From: the human T2T-CHM13v2.0 reference genome, Homo sapiens | Assembly (NCBI RefSeq): GCF_009914755.1 | Contig: NC_060927.1 | DNA: 64,000 nt | Strand: one strand, 5' to 3' | Shown: positions 1-16,090 of the stretch, piece after piece | Layout: each line of letters opens with the position of its first letter | Position numbering within the stretch: the first letter of the stretch is position 1 | The notes under the pieces: generated by a model | What the model was told of the DNA's origin: nothing | The model's input: only the letters and a program-made list of their open reading frames with translations | The model's database searches: none | Position numbers and translations under genes: made by a program

Positions 1-34
1 GTATTAGTTCTTACATGCATTTTAAAGACCTTTT

Positions 35-375
<341 letters not shown>

Positions 376-519
376 TCAGCACATGCATCACAGATGCTCT
401 ATAAGGCTGTCCTTAGCTCAACGCCCAAATAATACTTCAGCTGCTCTAGAGCCCTCAGAAACCACCTTAGCAATGGTATCCCAGGCTAGCCCATGGTGCA
501 CTTCTATTTTCCTTACACC

Positions 520-1040
520 TCAGGATAGGTAGAATGATAGCCCCTTAAACGTGTCCACATTCTAGTTCCCAGAACCTGTGAGTATGCTATTTTACAGAGC
601 AAAAGGGACTATGGAGATGTAATTAAGTTCAAGTATCCTGAGATGGGGAGAGTATTCTGGGTTATCCAAGTGGGCCCAATAACCACAAGGGTCTTTACAA
701 GAGGAAGACAGAAGGGTCAGAATCAAAGACATGTGACAATGCAATGAGGAGAGAGAGAAAGAGAGATCGATTTTAAGTACTGGTTTTGTGGATGGAGGAA
801 GGAGGAGCTAAGGAGCCACAGAAAGCAGGCGGCCTCTGGAGACTGAAAAAGGCAAGGAATGAATCCTCCCCTACAGCCTCCAGAAGGAGCCAGCGCAGCC
901 AACACTTTGATTTTGGCCACATTAAGATCCGTTTTAGAATTCTGACCTCCAGAACTATAATAAGACAATAAACGTAAGTCATTTTAAGCCACTAAGGTTT
1001 TGGTAATTTATTATAGAAGCAACTGAAAGCTAATATACAC
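520..1040 (+). mobile_element. MaLR LTR (MLT1C/D-like)
   Basis: cccagaacctgtgagtatg ... ttctgacctccagaact ... ttttaagccact ... gctaatataca. Confidence 0.8.
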
Positions 1041-1279
1041 TCATATAATTTCAGCTGCAATATGGATAAAATAGACCTCCATGTCACACACACGGCACGT
1101 GCTGTCATTCCTCCACCCTGCCCCCCAACACCCGGAGCTGATCCCTGTCCTTGTGTTCTCCCCAACCCAAGCTTCAGGCAGGCATAGAACATGCACCCAT
1201 CAGAGCTGCCGCTTGAGATTCTACTGTCCTAGATGTAGGCTTCTGTGGGCTGACCTGGGGCTGACCCCCAGAAGTAGAA

Positions 1280-1790
<511 letters not shown>

Positions 1791-3105
1791 TAGGTCATCC
1801 TTCCCAAGAAGGTTACTGCCTCAATAAGCAGGTGAGAGTTGTACTGCAGGACAAGTTACAAAGAGATAATGAGGAAGACTGGAGAAAGGTCACAGGTGGT
1901 GCATTTCCTAGGAGTGATCTGTCTTCTGCATCCAGAACCTTGGAGGATTGTGGAAGATAAGACAGACAGACAGGTCAGGGCAAGGTATTGGTAGGCACTG
2001 ATCACCAGACTAAAATGCATTCAACAGATGGTCAAGGAGGCCTAGTAACTCCAGTTTTGTTAAGGGCATAGGTTGGATTGGAAAAGGAGAGGCTGAAGAC
2101 AGAGTCGAGGAGGACAGCCCTCAAAACCCCTGCCTACAGTCCTGGGCCTGACACATAGTCCTTGATAAGTATAAGTTTTCTGCCTGAATAAATGAATGCA
2201 TTATTAAGCCAAGTAATATACCCCAAGAACCTAGCTTGGTGTTACACTGATTTATGGGCTTAGAATGAGGGCCCACACTAAGAGAAAACAGATAAGGCAA
2301 CTTACAAGGCTGTTGACCAGCTTTGTAAACTGTTCTTCAAGAAACAATCCCAAGCTTTTAGCTACTATACCATTTTTGATATTTAATGAGCTGACGATTA
2401 AAAATACTTGTTTGTTGCCTGTTACTTGAAAACTATAAATGCCAATGCAGTGGACTCAGGGTGCCACATTCTTAGTTAATTAAGCACCCCCATTTGCTGC
2501 ACTAACGGGTAGCTTTTAATTTGTTCCAAAGGGAGCTAAGCAGCAAGCCCCGGCTGCCTGGAGTGCTGCTATGAAATTCCTTTGGTTGGTGCTCTATGGT
2601 CAGTAGGGACGGAAGCAGCAAATGGCAACATAATGGAGAAAACATCTTTAACTCAGGAAGGGAGGGGAGGATAACCCTTAAGTGCTCTAAATGAATAAAA
2701 TTCAAAAGCTAAAAACCCACACCATGCTCCAGCCATATATGGCAAAGAAGCAAAGGCCTGGATACAGAGAGGCCGGCAGCGGAGCAGGATCCACAGGCAG
2801 CAGCTAGGGGCAGCCATGAAGGTGATCAGACAGCCAACTTCCTGAGGGGCCTTTGGGCATTCTAAGCCATTTGAAGACACTAACTTCCCAGAGCAACATT
2901 TCCAATTCACCTCCAGCATAGCTTAACTGCCATTTTGGAAAAATGCATTTCAAGAACTGTGCTAAATATAGCGCCCCTCTTCCAGTGGAAGGCAGGCCAA
3001 ACTTTCAAATCAAGTAAGGAACTTTCAGAAAGCCAGTAATGTTTTAGTGAACAGAGTTAGAGTGAAAATTTAAATAAGAGCATTTGCACAAAGAATTGAG
3101 AAGAC

Positions 3106-3413
<308 letters not shown>

Positions 3414-3454
3414 TAAAGGTACACCTAGTAACTACTTAAAACTAAGGCCAACTC

Positions 3455-3687
3455 ATATATATATATATATAAATATATATAAAAATATATATAAATATAT
3501 ATAAAAATATATAAATATATATATAAATATATATAAATATATATAAAAATATATATAAATATATATAAAAATATATATAAATATATATAAATATATATAA
3601 ATATATATAAAAATATATATAAATATATATAAATATAAATATATATATATAAATAAATAAATAAATAAATATATATATATATATATA

Positions 3688-3688
<1 letters not shown>
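3455..3688. repeat. Complex (TA)n/(TATAAA)n AT-only repeat
   Basis: About 235 bp of pure A/T adjoining the poly-T of a minus-strand Alu. Confidence 0.97.
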
Positions 3689-4102
<414 letters not shown>

Positions 4103-4827
4103 TGAGAAGGGTGAGACGAAGCAGAATATGGGGCCATTTGACTCCATGCCAGTTCAGATGGTTTCCTAAACAAAGATAGACCCCACTTACTTCAGTTCAA
4201 ACCTTTAACAACAACAACAAAAAGTCGGCAAAGGCAGAGAAGCCCCAGGTGATGTAAGCTGAAGAGAATGCTGGTGAACGCAAAACGCAGGGAAAATAAA
4301 TCAAAAGCCAGCCTGGGCCTGGATCTGTTCAAGATATTCTCTCCACATTCCCAGGAGCTGTTCTCTCTCTCTCTCAAATTGAGATGCAACCAACTTCAGA
4401 AATGAAGGATGCCAGCAGTCTGATTTGGAGGTGAGGTCTTGGATGCGTAGCAAGGAACACACAAGCTCTTGGGGAGTGCTGCTGGGTTCCCACCAGCAAT
4501 TACCACATTGGCCCAAAAAGACCCGGAGATCTTAAGCTAATTAAAGAGATTTGCTCGGGGAAGTAGGAAATCACTACTCCAGAGCACCGCCTGTGCACCA
4601 GACCAAAGCCGTAATCGTGATTCATCTCTGACATGTTGCTAATCAGCACACACATGTTCCTAATTTCACGCTCTCCAAAGGAAAGCTGAAGGGACAATTG
4701 TTTCTGAGCTCTAACATGAGGCCGACCCATGCCAAGTTACCATGTGTCCTGCTTATCAAACTGAAAGCTCTAGTTTTCATCCAAATTTCTTTTCACTATC
4801 CCACCCCTCCACCCACTTTGCCCCCCG

Positions 4828-4893
4828 AAATCCATTCACTAAAGATAAAGATATGTTAGGAAATCCATTCACTAAAGATAAAGATATGTTAGG
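4828..4893. repeat. Perfect 33-bp tandem duplication
   Basis: aaatccattcactaaagataaagatatgttagg x2. Confidence 0.95.
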
Positions 4894-7800
4894 ACATTGG
4901 TGTGAGTTGTTTCTCCGACAGCAACTTCTCTAAATGATGGTGGCCTGAATGGAACTGCATATATTTTTTAATGTTCTTCCCCACGCCTGACTTTATGATT
5001 TTCTTATTGCTTTGCCACTGGAACCAGCCGTGCAGCTAAAACCCAGAGATATCAACACAGACACACACACACGCAATGCACACAAGCAAACTTTCTCCCT
5101 GGGTTTAAAAACAAGGCAAAACAAAGTTGTGCAGTCTCTTTAGTTCTCACAAAGCAAAAACTCAAGTACTTTTTCCAATTAGTCTGTTAAGGATCTGGGC
5201 TGTGTGTTCTCCCATGGCTGATAATCACAAATAGACAGGATTGTTCCATTTTTCCAATTCCGAAAACGTTAGAGACACGCTATAAAACATGCCTATGGAC
5301 AGAGAGCCAGACCTTTCCCTCCGCTTCGCACACCACTCCCATCCACTCAAATGAGAACCGCATGTTAGAGAACTGGCATCTTTAAGGTAACAGTCAACCC
5401 ATCTGTAGTTTAAAAAGCATACACAGACTCAGATTAACTGTGTCTGTGTATGCTTTTTCCATAAATACTGGGTACAAAGAGGAAGCAAACAACCAACCAC
5501 CCAAATACCCACCCAGCAAATCGGCTACTGACTCACTCTCACTTAGCCGTGAAAGGAACAGTTACAAAGACTTCACTCCAGAAGCCGAAAAAGTCTCTTC
5601 CTATGAGGGCAAAATAGTGATTAGACAATAGAGGAAAACTTAAAGCTATAAACATGATTGTTATGCCTAAGCTGAGAGGAAATGTTCAGATCAAAACACA
5701 ACTACTAATGAAAAGCCTTAGGACCACACAGAGAGGTGCACCGAATTGTGCTGACTTCAAATACCACTGTTTCCGAGGCACAGGGACTGAGTCTCCAAAT
5801 ACTAAGCCACATCTGGAATTCTGCTTTTACAGCACAAATGCCTATAGAAATGGGGGATTGTGACGTTGCCATGGGGACCCAGCCTCCTCCACCCCAACAG
5901 GTCCCCGGCAAGCCCCACGCACATTTCCTTCAAGGTGGATTTCGCATATTTGGAAATTATGGAAGGCCATCATTTTAGGTTTCAGTGTTAATGGAAATAT
6001 TACAGGACATGCTAGAAAGCAAGGCAACCCCTTCTGTCAGCCGATTAAGTCTGTCCACATGGTGGTCTCGGACAGAAAAACCTTAAAATAACAGTGGGAA
6101 GCAGTAAGTCAGCATTAGGCCCTTTTTCAAAATGTGTGGCTTTCCCCCACTTTCTCTAGGAAGGAGACAGGCTTCAAGCATCCTTTTAAATGCCCCTGTT
6201 CTCTAGCTGCAAAAATCCAAGTGAGTCAACCTGTGCTCAAAACTGCCTGCCATTAGTAGCCCACCTCAGGCTCCAGGTAGCCTTACCCTTGCTGAACTGA
6301 ACCTCTAATCCCACCCTGCAGGGCTACTGGCCAAGGCAGGGTGTATTTGCTTTTAATTACTGATGACCCTGTTTTTGTTAAGAGGAAAAGTTTACTAGAA
6401 CCTTTGGAGAATCCTGTGAAAAATAATCCTTACCCAATTTCCCCCAGAAACTTTTCATACACAATTTTGGGAGGTTCCCAGAGCTCATGAAGGCCACCCA
6501 AGGGCCTCTGAGGGGTTCACAGGCCCCCAGGTCCAAAGCCATGTTTAGACACAAAAAATCCCAAGACCCCACTCAGAAATCAAAGGGTGCATCTTGGCTT
6601 TGCCAGTTCCCTGGGATGCAGACCCTCCAACTACCTCTCCAGGTGTGAATTCAAATAGCAATATATAAAATATCCACACATATACCATAACCACCCTTGG
6701 GTGACCCCAGCTGGTTCTCTCTGTCCTCCAGGAGTGAATATTCTCCCATTCATTCTGACTAGAATGTTCTAAGCTAAAGCCAGAGTGACCCTTCTAATAA
6801 GTATCTGCCTCTCTCTGCAAGGTCTGGCCTTTCCCAGAAGCTTTCTGGGGGAGAGGGAAGTAGTCAGCCCAGAGGTGAAGCCACAGTCACCAAGCTCTGA
6901 CGGGCAGATGGGAGGAGAAACAGGAGTAAAGCCTCCTGTTTCACGGCCCTGCCCGGCCCAGGGGTGACACTCACGGTGTTACCTCCTGATCAAACCATTT
7001 CCATCTAGTCTCTTAGATAGCAAGTCCTGAAACATCCCCCTGAGATGCAGTCAGGGTTTCTGAATGCCTTTGAGTGTGTGTGTTGTCAGTATGTGTGCCC
7101 AGCCACAAAGCCAACAACAACAACAAAAAAGCACCAGGAAGTCAGCAGTGCCGGCTCCAGGTGTTAACACTTAGCGCATCCTGCCCAGCCCCCACCAGCT
7201 TGAGGCCAGCCGCCTGGGAGCCGGACACAGCAATTAGACCCTTCCCAGGCCAGGCGCCTTTGTCCCCTCGCTAACATCATTAGTGTCTGACTTCCTGTGC
7301 ACAACGGGGCCTCCCGGGGGGCAATCACCGGCTGACCGGGGCAAGGCATTAGACTTCCTTTGTCAAAGACCCTTAAATGTTAACAAGCATGTGAACAAGC
7401 TTCCCCTCCCCCACCCCCTCCTACCTCAGCTGTTCCTCCAGCCCACCACTCTCAACTGTCTTGATTCTCCCCAAGCTGTGGGAATCCCAGTTACTTGGGA
7501 GAAATATCAAGTCTCAATGTTGGGCGAGCAGCACTGCCTTTCTACAGAAAGAGCCTCCAAACCTGATTTCCTAGAACCTTTCAGTATAAGCATGCAACTC
7601 ACACTCGCTGAGTGCCCACTGGTTACAAAATACCACCGTCCTGCCTTAAGAAGGGTGAAACAAAGAAAGGTGAAAGTATTCAGCCAACAGGAGTCCCAGG
7701 CTGTGCCACACCCAGCCCAATGCCCATCAACCACAGGTGCACTCTGTTCATGTGTTCATGGACTGAAGTACAAAGTTTGGCCTCAAGATGCAAGGACTTT

Positions 7801-8178
7801 GAAGGTTTGAGTGATATCCTGAGGCCTTCAGAAAAACACTGGTGAGATCTGAAAACGGGGTGAGTGTGAGTTGCTATACAGCTGCAATCCTACCGTCATC
7901 CCTCTCTTGGCAATACTATCACCACCAAGGCCAAAATCACTTTGCTCTCATTTACCCCTCATTACCAAGACTCACAGCTTTTTATTTGGGGGAGAACTGT
8001 GGTGCATGTGTGCACACACATTGGCACATGGTATTTTCAGGAGGCTTCTGGACCCCTGAAGCCCCCAGACCTCTCACCTGCCTTATAGTCCAGCTCCACT
8101 CAATAGCTTGATAGCTTAAAGCTACGTCTGTTGAATAATAGAGAGTGGTTTTACTTCGGTGATTAAAAACAAAATTCA

Positions 8179-8874
<696 letters not shown>

Positions 8875-10387
8875 TCAGTAACTAAACACTTTGTCCAAGA
8901 TGCTGGGACTCATGAACTTTACAAAGTAGAAACATGAAAGGCAACAACTTACACTGTTGAGCACATAAACCCATCAAGACAGAGGTATCTAGCACCTTTC
9001 GGATCACAGGTGACAACAGTTATGTCTGCAGCCAAGTCAGTTGCACTGAATCAAGATAAAAAGTGAACTAGGATGTGGCTAATTCTTATTCTTTTTTTTT
9101 CATCACTGAGTGTGGAGGAAAATACTCATAGTGTCCACTAGATGAAGAAAACAGCTGATTTTCCCACTCCTGCTCAACTGCCTTTGCAGAGTATGGTATT
9201 TGCGGTCAACACACAAAACTGAGTTGGGTTTGGGATATATTTTATAGTATCTGTGCATGAGCCACTATGAAGGATAATCTAAAATTCCAACTTTCCAAAA
9301 TGAATAATCTATGTCTCTGACTCCTACTCCAGCCACAGCAAAACTCATTCAGCTTCAAAATTAAGATGTTGGTATAAAGCAAAGGACACCATCGCTTACA
9401 TGATGCCAAGTCCCCCACAAGTTTATTTTGATGAATGTTACAAGTTTCAAAGCGTAAAAAATTTCACTGTCAGTTCTGACTTTTACCTTTTGCCAAACTA
9501 ATTTTAAAATAGCAGGCAATCGGAAGGATATATTCAAACACTAATGATCCCTGTAACTTTACATCGTCCTACTATTTGGATGGAAGCCAGCAGTCTGTTC
9601 TTAAACTATAAGCAATAAATCTAGAAGACTCTCTTTCCTAATTTCCCAAAGATACCACATGGAATTTCCATTAAAGCACACACACACACATGCAAACACA
9701 CATACACACAATGACATACCAATTAAATCATTGTATGACATTTAGGCCAGGAAATAATTATGCTTGCCAAGGAGTATTCAGCTTTGTTTTAATTTCCTTG
9801 AACCACTAAAATGTCATTCGGAGAAGGCAAAGAATGATGTAAAAATGAAGTACTGATGTCTTGGTCAATTTTAGATTTTGATAAATGTCTTTTTTGTGGG
9901 TGAAGAAGGCAGTGGGGTGTTCCCAGGAATTAAGGTCTCCCTGCACTCCCTCTCCAAGGATTTCTGGCAAGGAGTGGTATAGAGAGGTCAATTATAAAGC
10001 AAATCCATTGTGAGGCAGACGCAGCAGATGGAACAGCAGGTAGGAGCATATTTCCACCCCTGATGAAGTGGGCCTGGTGGTGTGTTCCTAGTCCTCTCCT
10101 ATAGGGCTGAGGCAAGTAAATGGCACATACAACCTTGTCCCTTCACCTGTCAACAGAAAGAAATCAATGTATCTTGCCACTTCATTAAGGCTTCCCATGG
10201 AGAAATGTTTACAAAATCAAAGTAATATGGTGAAATTAAATTAGAAACCTGTAACATTTTGTCATGAAGTTAGCATGAAACAGAAGCTAACCAGAAAAGA
10301 TTAAAAGCAGTGATTAATTCTTTTTTAAAGGAAAGTCCAAAGGTTCTGGCTAAACTGACTTTAAACTAAGAATCGGGGAGCTCATTG

Positions 10388-11092
10388 CTTTCGCTGCTGC
10401 GGCCACAGCCATGAGTATGCTCAGGTTTCAGATGAGGCTCGCCTTTAGTGTCCTCTGCTGTGGCAAGAAGAAGGTCTGGTTGGACCCCAATAAGACCAAT
10501 GAAATCGCCAATGCCAACTTCCATCAGCAGATCCAGAAGCTGATCAAAGATGGGCTGATCATCTACAAACCTGTGACTTTCCATTCCCGGGCTTGATGCC
10601 GGGAAAACACCTTGGCCCGCTGGAAGGGCAGGCACATGGGCATAAGTAAGCGAAAGGGTACAGCCAATGCCCAAATGCCAGGGAACGTAACTTGGATGAG
10701 GAGAATGCGGATTCTGTGCTGGCTGCTGAGAAGATACTGTGAATCTAAGAAGATTGATCACCACACATATCACAGCCTGTACCTGAAGGTGAAGGGGAAT
10801 GTGTTCAAAAACAAGTGGATTCTCATGGAACACATCCTCAAGCTGAAGGCAGACAAGGCCCACAAGAAGCTGCAGGCTGACCAGGCTAAGGCCCGCAGGT
10901 CTAAGACCAAGGAAGCACGCAAGCACCATGAAGACCGCCTACAGGCCAAGGAGGAGATCATCAAGACTTTGTCTAAGGAGGAAGAGACCGAGAAGTGAAA
11001 GCTCCCCCTTTGTCTGTACATACTGGCCTCAGCGATTACGTAGATCAACCACTAAAATAAAACAAGCCTTTACCTGCCATAAATAAATAAAT
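10388..11092 (+). pseudogene. RPL19 processed pseudogene, antisense to IL17RD
   Basis: Intronless RPL19-like frame 10411-10998 ([11 protein letters not shown]...KEEETEK). Nonsense TGA at 10594-10596 (Arg62), one-codon deletion near the C-terminus, 5' UTR ctttcgctgctgcggccacagcc, AATAAA at 11056, (TAAA)n tail, TSD-like flanks. Confidence 0.97.
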
Positions 11093-11106
11093 AAGCTAAG
11101 AATGGG

Positions 11107-11432
11107 GGCTAGGTGTGGTGGCTCAATCCTGCAATCCCAGCACTTTGAGGCAGGGGGATTATTGAGCCCCAGAGTTTCAGACCAGCCTGGACAACATGGT
11201 GAAACCCCATCTCTACCAACAAAAACACAAAAATTGGCCAGGTATGGTGGCATGCACCTGTAGTCCCAGCTACTTGGGAGGTTGATATGGAAGGATGGCT
11301 TGAGCCCAGGAGATGGAAGTAGCAGTGAGCCATGATCACTCCACTACCCTCCAGCCTGGGCAACAGAGCAAGACCTTGTCTCAAAACAAACAAAAACAAA
11401 CAAACAAACAAAAAACACACAAAAAAAACAAA
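11107..11432 (+). mobile_element. Alu (AluJ-like)
   Basis: Dimer, TSD aagaatgggg at 11098 and 11431. Confidence 0.93.
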
Positions 11433-12625
11433 GAATGGGGAGCTGGGTCAGTGTGAGGCCAAGCTGTCAGGTGAGCAGCACTGCTTCTAGGGACACAGAT
11501 TCAAGCATTTCCTGGAGCACTGAGGAGGTGAAGCCCCAAAGGCACAGCAGGTTCAGAGCAAGGTGGGCAGGAGGCTGGGAGGAGGCAGAAGGCCAGGCCA
11601 GGATGTGCCACTTCCTGCCTGCCACTTCCCCAACTGCCTGCGAAGTGGTGGGATGCTCAATGATTCTCAGAGATTCCCTAAGAGTGGGTTTTCAAGTTTC
11701 TAGAACTGTAGGCTTTTCTTTTGAAGACAGCTTTATTATTTTTGTAAAGATAACAAGTTCAAGGTAAAATAAAATTAAGTACAAAGAAGAATATGAAACT
11801 TCTCCCATTCCATCATTTTGAAGAAGACTCTTCCAGACGGTCTTTACTGCCTGCATCACATGGACTGTGACTTGACATAAATTAGATCCTAATATATATA
11901 ACATTTGCTCTCATAAATCTCCACCAGCTATCAGTTAATGCAGTTCCTTCTGGGTGAAATATGTAAGATCTATGGAGGAAATAACAAAAAGAGCCTAATA
12001 AAGTGAGTTAGGACCACTGGGCAAAATTCTTTCTAAGGGTCTTATCAACTGTCATCAACCATCATTTTCTACAAAGGGAAAACACCATTAGTAGGAAGTA
12101 GTATAGCAGGCCCCGTCACCTGCTCCAGAGCCGGCTGTGTACATGGAAAAGGCAAGAGGACACGGTGACAAGGCTACTTGCACAGTATACACACGTTGAT
12201 ACGCTGGTAGGTTGCCTATTGATGTGGGTATCCTAAACGCTGTTCTGCAGGGTAACCAAATTACTATAATTTATCCTGTATGTTTCTTTAAAATTACATA
12301 AATGTAGGGGATTTTATGATTAGATGACTGGTCTCCAGTGAATAACAGAACTGTGTAAAATTAAAAGGGAAACTGGCAAATCCAGGAAGCAGATAACAAT
12401 GTCTTCCTCTCTCCAGCACAACAATCACATTACAGCCGTGTGGAAACCTAAGACCTCCAACTCTTTCCAGAGAGTCAGGGTGGCTTGATTTTACAGATCA
12501 AGCTAAGGAGATAAAAACCACTCACTGGTAAAAAACGGTAAATTCCATTTTGTGATTAGAATCACAACACATATGTAGCCCAGGTGTGGAAGAAGAAAGA
12601 ATGAGCTCTGCCTCAAAAACAGCCT

Positions 12626-12939
12626 GGCCAGGGATGGTGGCTCCCACCTGTAATCCCAGCATTTTGGGAGGCCAAGGCAGCAGGAATGCTCGAGACCAGG
12701 AATTCAAGACCAGCCTGGACTCCATCTCATAGACCCCATCTGTATGAAAAATAAGAATAATTAGCTGGGTGTGGTGGCATACGCCTGTAGTCCCAGCTGC
12801 TGAGGAGGATCTCTTGAGCCCAGGAGGTTGAGGATGCAGTGATTGCACCACTGCACTCCAGCCTGGGAAACAGAGCAAAGCTCTGTCTACCCCTCCCCCG
12901 CCCCCAACCCCCACTCAAAAAAAAAAAAAAAAAAAAAAA
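12626..12939 (+). mobile_element. Alu (AluJ-like)
   Basis: Diverged dimer with poly-A. Confidence 0.9.
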
Positions 12940-14269
12940 CTTAGCTGATCTAAAAGCAATATTTAACTTGCTTTTAGGATTCTCTCCTTCTCATTTATCC
13001 ATGAAAAACCTCTGCAAATGCCCCAGGATTTATCAACCAGATGTCTCAAGAGCTTGAAATATGCTTTTGCACTTGGGAAAGCCATTTTGAGTGAGAATAA
13101 GGCTAAACTAGACCCCTGCCTCTAGGTGTTTACAATTAGTTTTGGAAAACAAAGCTAAAAGACACGAAACTACAGTAGATAAGGTTACACTGCCTAGAAT
13201 GAATGGGCTAAGTTATGCCACTGAGCTCTATGTGTAATAAGATTTCAGACAAGGGGTAATTGAACAGAGGAAGGCTAGCCAGAGAAGTGTCTTCAGAGGA
13301 GGCATGTCAAGCTTTGGGGTTGCGGAGGGGAAGGAAGTTTATTTCAAGCAAACACAGACCCAGGAGCTTGTGCTACCAACTGTACCACCCAGTGCCCAAC
13401 ACATGGTAAGCATTCAGGAAATGGTTGCTATTTCTCAGGGATGACACAGAGTCTTCCTGGTCATCCAGAATAAACACTTCCCACATCCCTGGAAGTGACC
13501 AACACACCCTCATTGCTTCTGTGTTAGACACCCCCAACTGGCCTGAAAAGATGGGCACCATAGGGCTGAAATAGCCAAGTGGGTTCAGCTTTGCATGTGG
13601 TACATCTTGGAGACAGGCAAGATCCAAATACAGTGGTCCTTACAGATGTGAGAACAAGCCTAGATTTGGCAGACAGAAGCACAGGGAAAAGGTCTCTGAT
13701 ACAGGCCAAGGTGGCAATGGGGTAGGTGGGGAGATGAGGAAGGAAGAAAGAGGCAATGAAACAGCAGCTTCAAAGGATGAATCCAAAGGACCCAAGAATT
13801 GAACAGATGGGATGAGTCAAACCCCAGGGCCTGGAGAGCAGAAGTGACACTTATAAAACAGAAGACTGGAGCTGGGGTCTCAAAACACATATCCATTTCA
13901 AGATGGAAATTGATTCCCTGCCCCTAATACAGATGGAAGGTATTTAAGAAGGAGGAAGGTGAGTCCTGGTCACCAGCCGCTTCCAATTTTCACTTCTCTT
14001 CCCTCCATGACAAAAAACTTTTGGTATTAGGTTAGTGCCACAGAGGCCTAAGTTGGGAGTCTCTAATCTTCCCCTGTTGCTCTTACACACCTTGACTTTC
14101 CTGTCTGTACTCAGAGTAAACCAGTGTCATGCTTCCAAACAGAGCTCATTAAATACTAAAGAGATAAGAAGACTCAAAGCAAAGGCCCTTTGTTAGCTTT
14201 TACCAAATCTTCATCAACTTCCCTACAGATCAAGACCACTAAAAACAATCTTTAAAAATTTGACATTGG

Positions 14270-14595
14270 CACAAAAGGACAGAAAGGACAATACTGTATG
14301 ACTACATTTATATGCGGTATTTAGAGCAGTCAAATTCATAGAGACATGAATAGAGATAGCCAGGGGCTGCGGGGAGAGGAGAATGGGGAGTTATTGTTTA
14401 ATGGTTATGGAATTTCCATTTAGGAAGGTGAAAAAGTTCTACAGGTGGATGGTGGTGATGGTTGCAAAACATTGTGAATTTACTTAAAAATCTTTGAACT
14501 GTACATTTAAAATGGTTAAAATGGTAAATTTTATGTTATGTGTATTTCAACACAATAAAGAAAAAAGTAAAAACAAAACAAACAAACAAAAAACA
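14270..14595 (+). mobile_element. L1M (L1MB-like) 3' end
   Basis: ggatggtggtgatggttgc...gaactgtacatttaaaatggttaaaatggtaaattttatgttatg...aataaa and A-rich tail. Confidence 0.8.
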
Positions 14596-14928
14596 TTAAA
14601 GGAAACTGAACCAGGAAAGGAATGATAACAACAAAACAGTGTTAGGGCCACATATGCAGGAAGAACTAGAGACTAGAGGGTGGAAGACTGGAGCGAGGTA
14701 GACCAGATAGCCAGCAACTGCAGCAGTCCACATATAACATGACAGGGACAGCAATGTACTGATGAGGATCAAAGGACAGGTCTGAGAGGCATTTTTAAGG
14801 AAAAAATAGCAGGACTTGGTGACAAATACAATACCGAGGTGATGATGAAATATTCAAAGGTGACCTGCAGGCTCTTATTTGGGGAAGTCGGAAGATAGTG
14901 ATTTTAAGGCAATAACGAGAATACTGGG

Positions 14929-15324
<396 letters not shown>

Positions 15325-15790
15325 TCATATATTTTGGGGGGAGGGGAGAAATGCAGGATTAAAAGGCAGGACGTCATGTATGACGGCATGCCACAGAAAC
15401 TTAAGGACAGATAGGCTAATTCATAAGAGGTATACAAAATTAACAGAAAGTGTAAAAAAATAACAAAAAGCCAGGAATTGGGCTTTGTGAGACTACCCAT
15501 AGTTAGGGCACGCATGGAGGAAAAAGATTGAAAAAGTGAGTTTGGCAAAGTAGGAGAATGAAATACAGTCAAAATAAAGAATATTAAACAGGCTACGGGT
15601 AAAAGAATGTCAAGATGGATGTTTTCAACATGAAAACCATCTTTTTAAATGCTTTTTAAACTTTTTCCTTTGTTTAAATTTTTTATTTTGAATTTTTGTG
15701 TAATTTTGAACTGAATGTGAATTTGAGTGTGAATATTATATATACAAATATGTGTATATTATTTATGGGGTACATGCAATGAAAATTTCC

Positions 15791-16090
15791 TTTTTTTTTT
15801 TTTTTTGAGACGGGGTCTTGCTCTGTCTCCCAGGCTGTAGTGCAGTGGCATGATCTCAGCTCAATGCAGCCTCTGCCTCCTGGTTCCAGTGATTCTCCTG
15901 CCTCAGCCTCCTGGGTAGCTGGGAGTACAGGCACGTGCCACCACGCCAGGCTAATTTTTGTATTTTTAGTAGAGACAGGGTTTCACCATGTTGGCCAGGC
16001 TGGCCTTGAACTCCTGACCTCAGGTGATCCGCCCACCTCAGCCTTCCTCCAAAAGTGCTAGGATTACAGGTGTGAGCCACCTCGCCTGGC
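15791..16090 (-). mobile_element. Alu
   Basis: Reverse full dimer. Confidence 0.95.

Noticed and set aside
7283-7810. 175-aa plus-strand ORF
   Set aside because: GTG start, no recognisable domain, no splice or promoter support.
10366-10929. 187-aa minus-strand ORF
   Set aside because: Antisense shadow of the RPL19 coding sequence, with no independent evidence.
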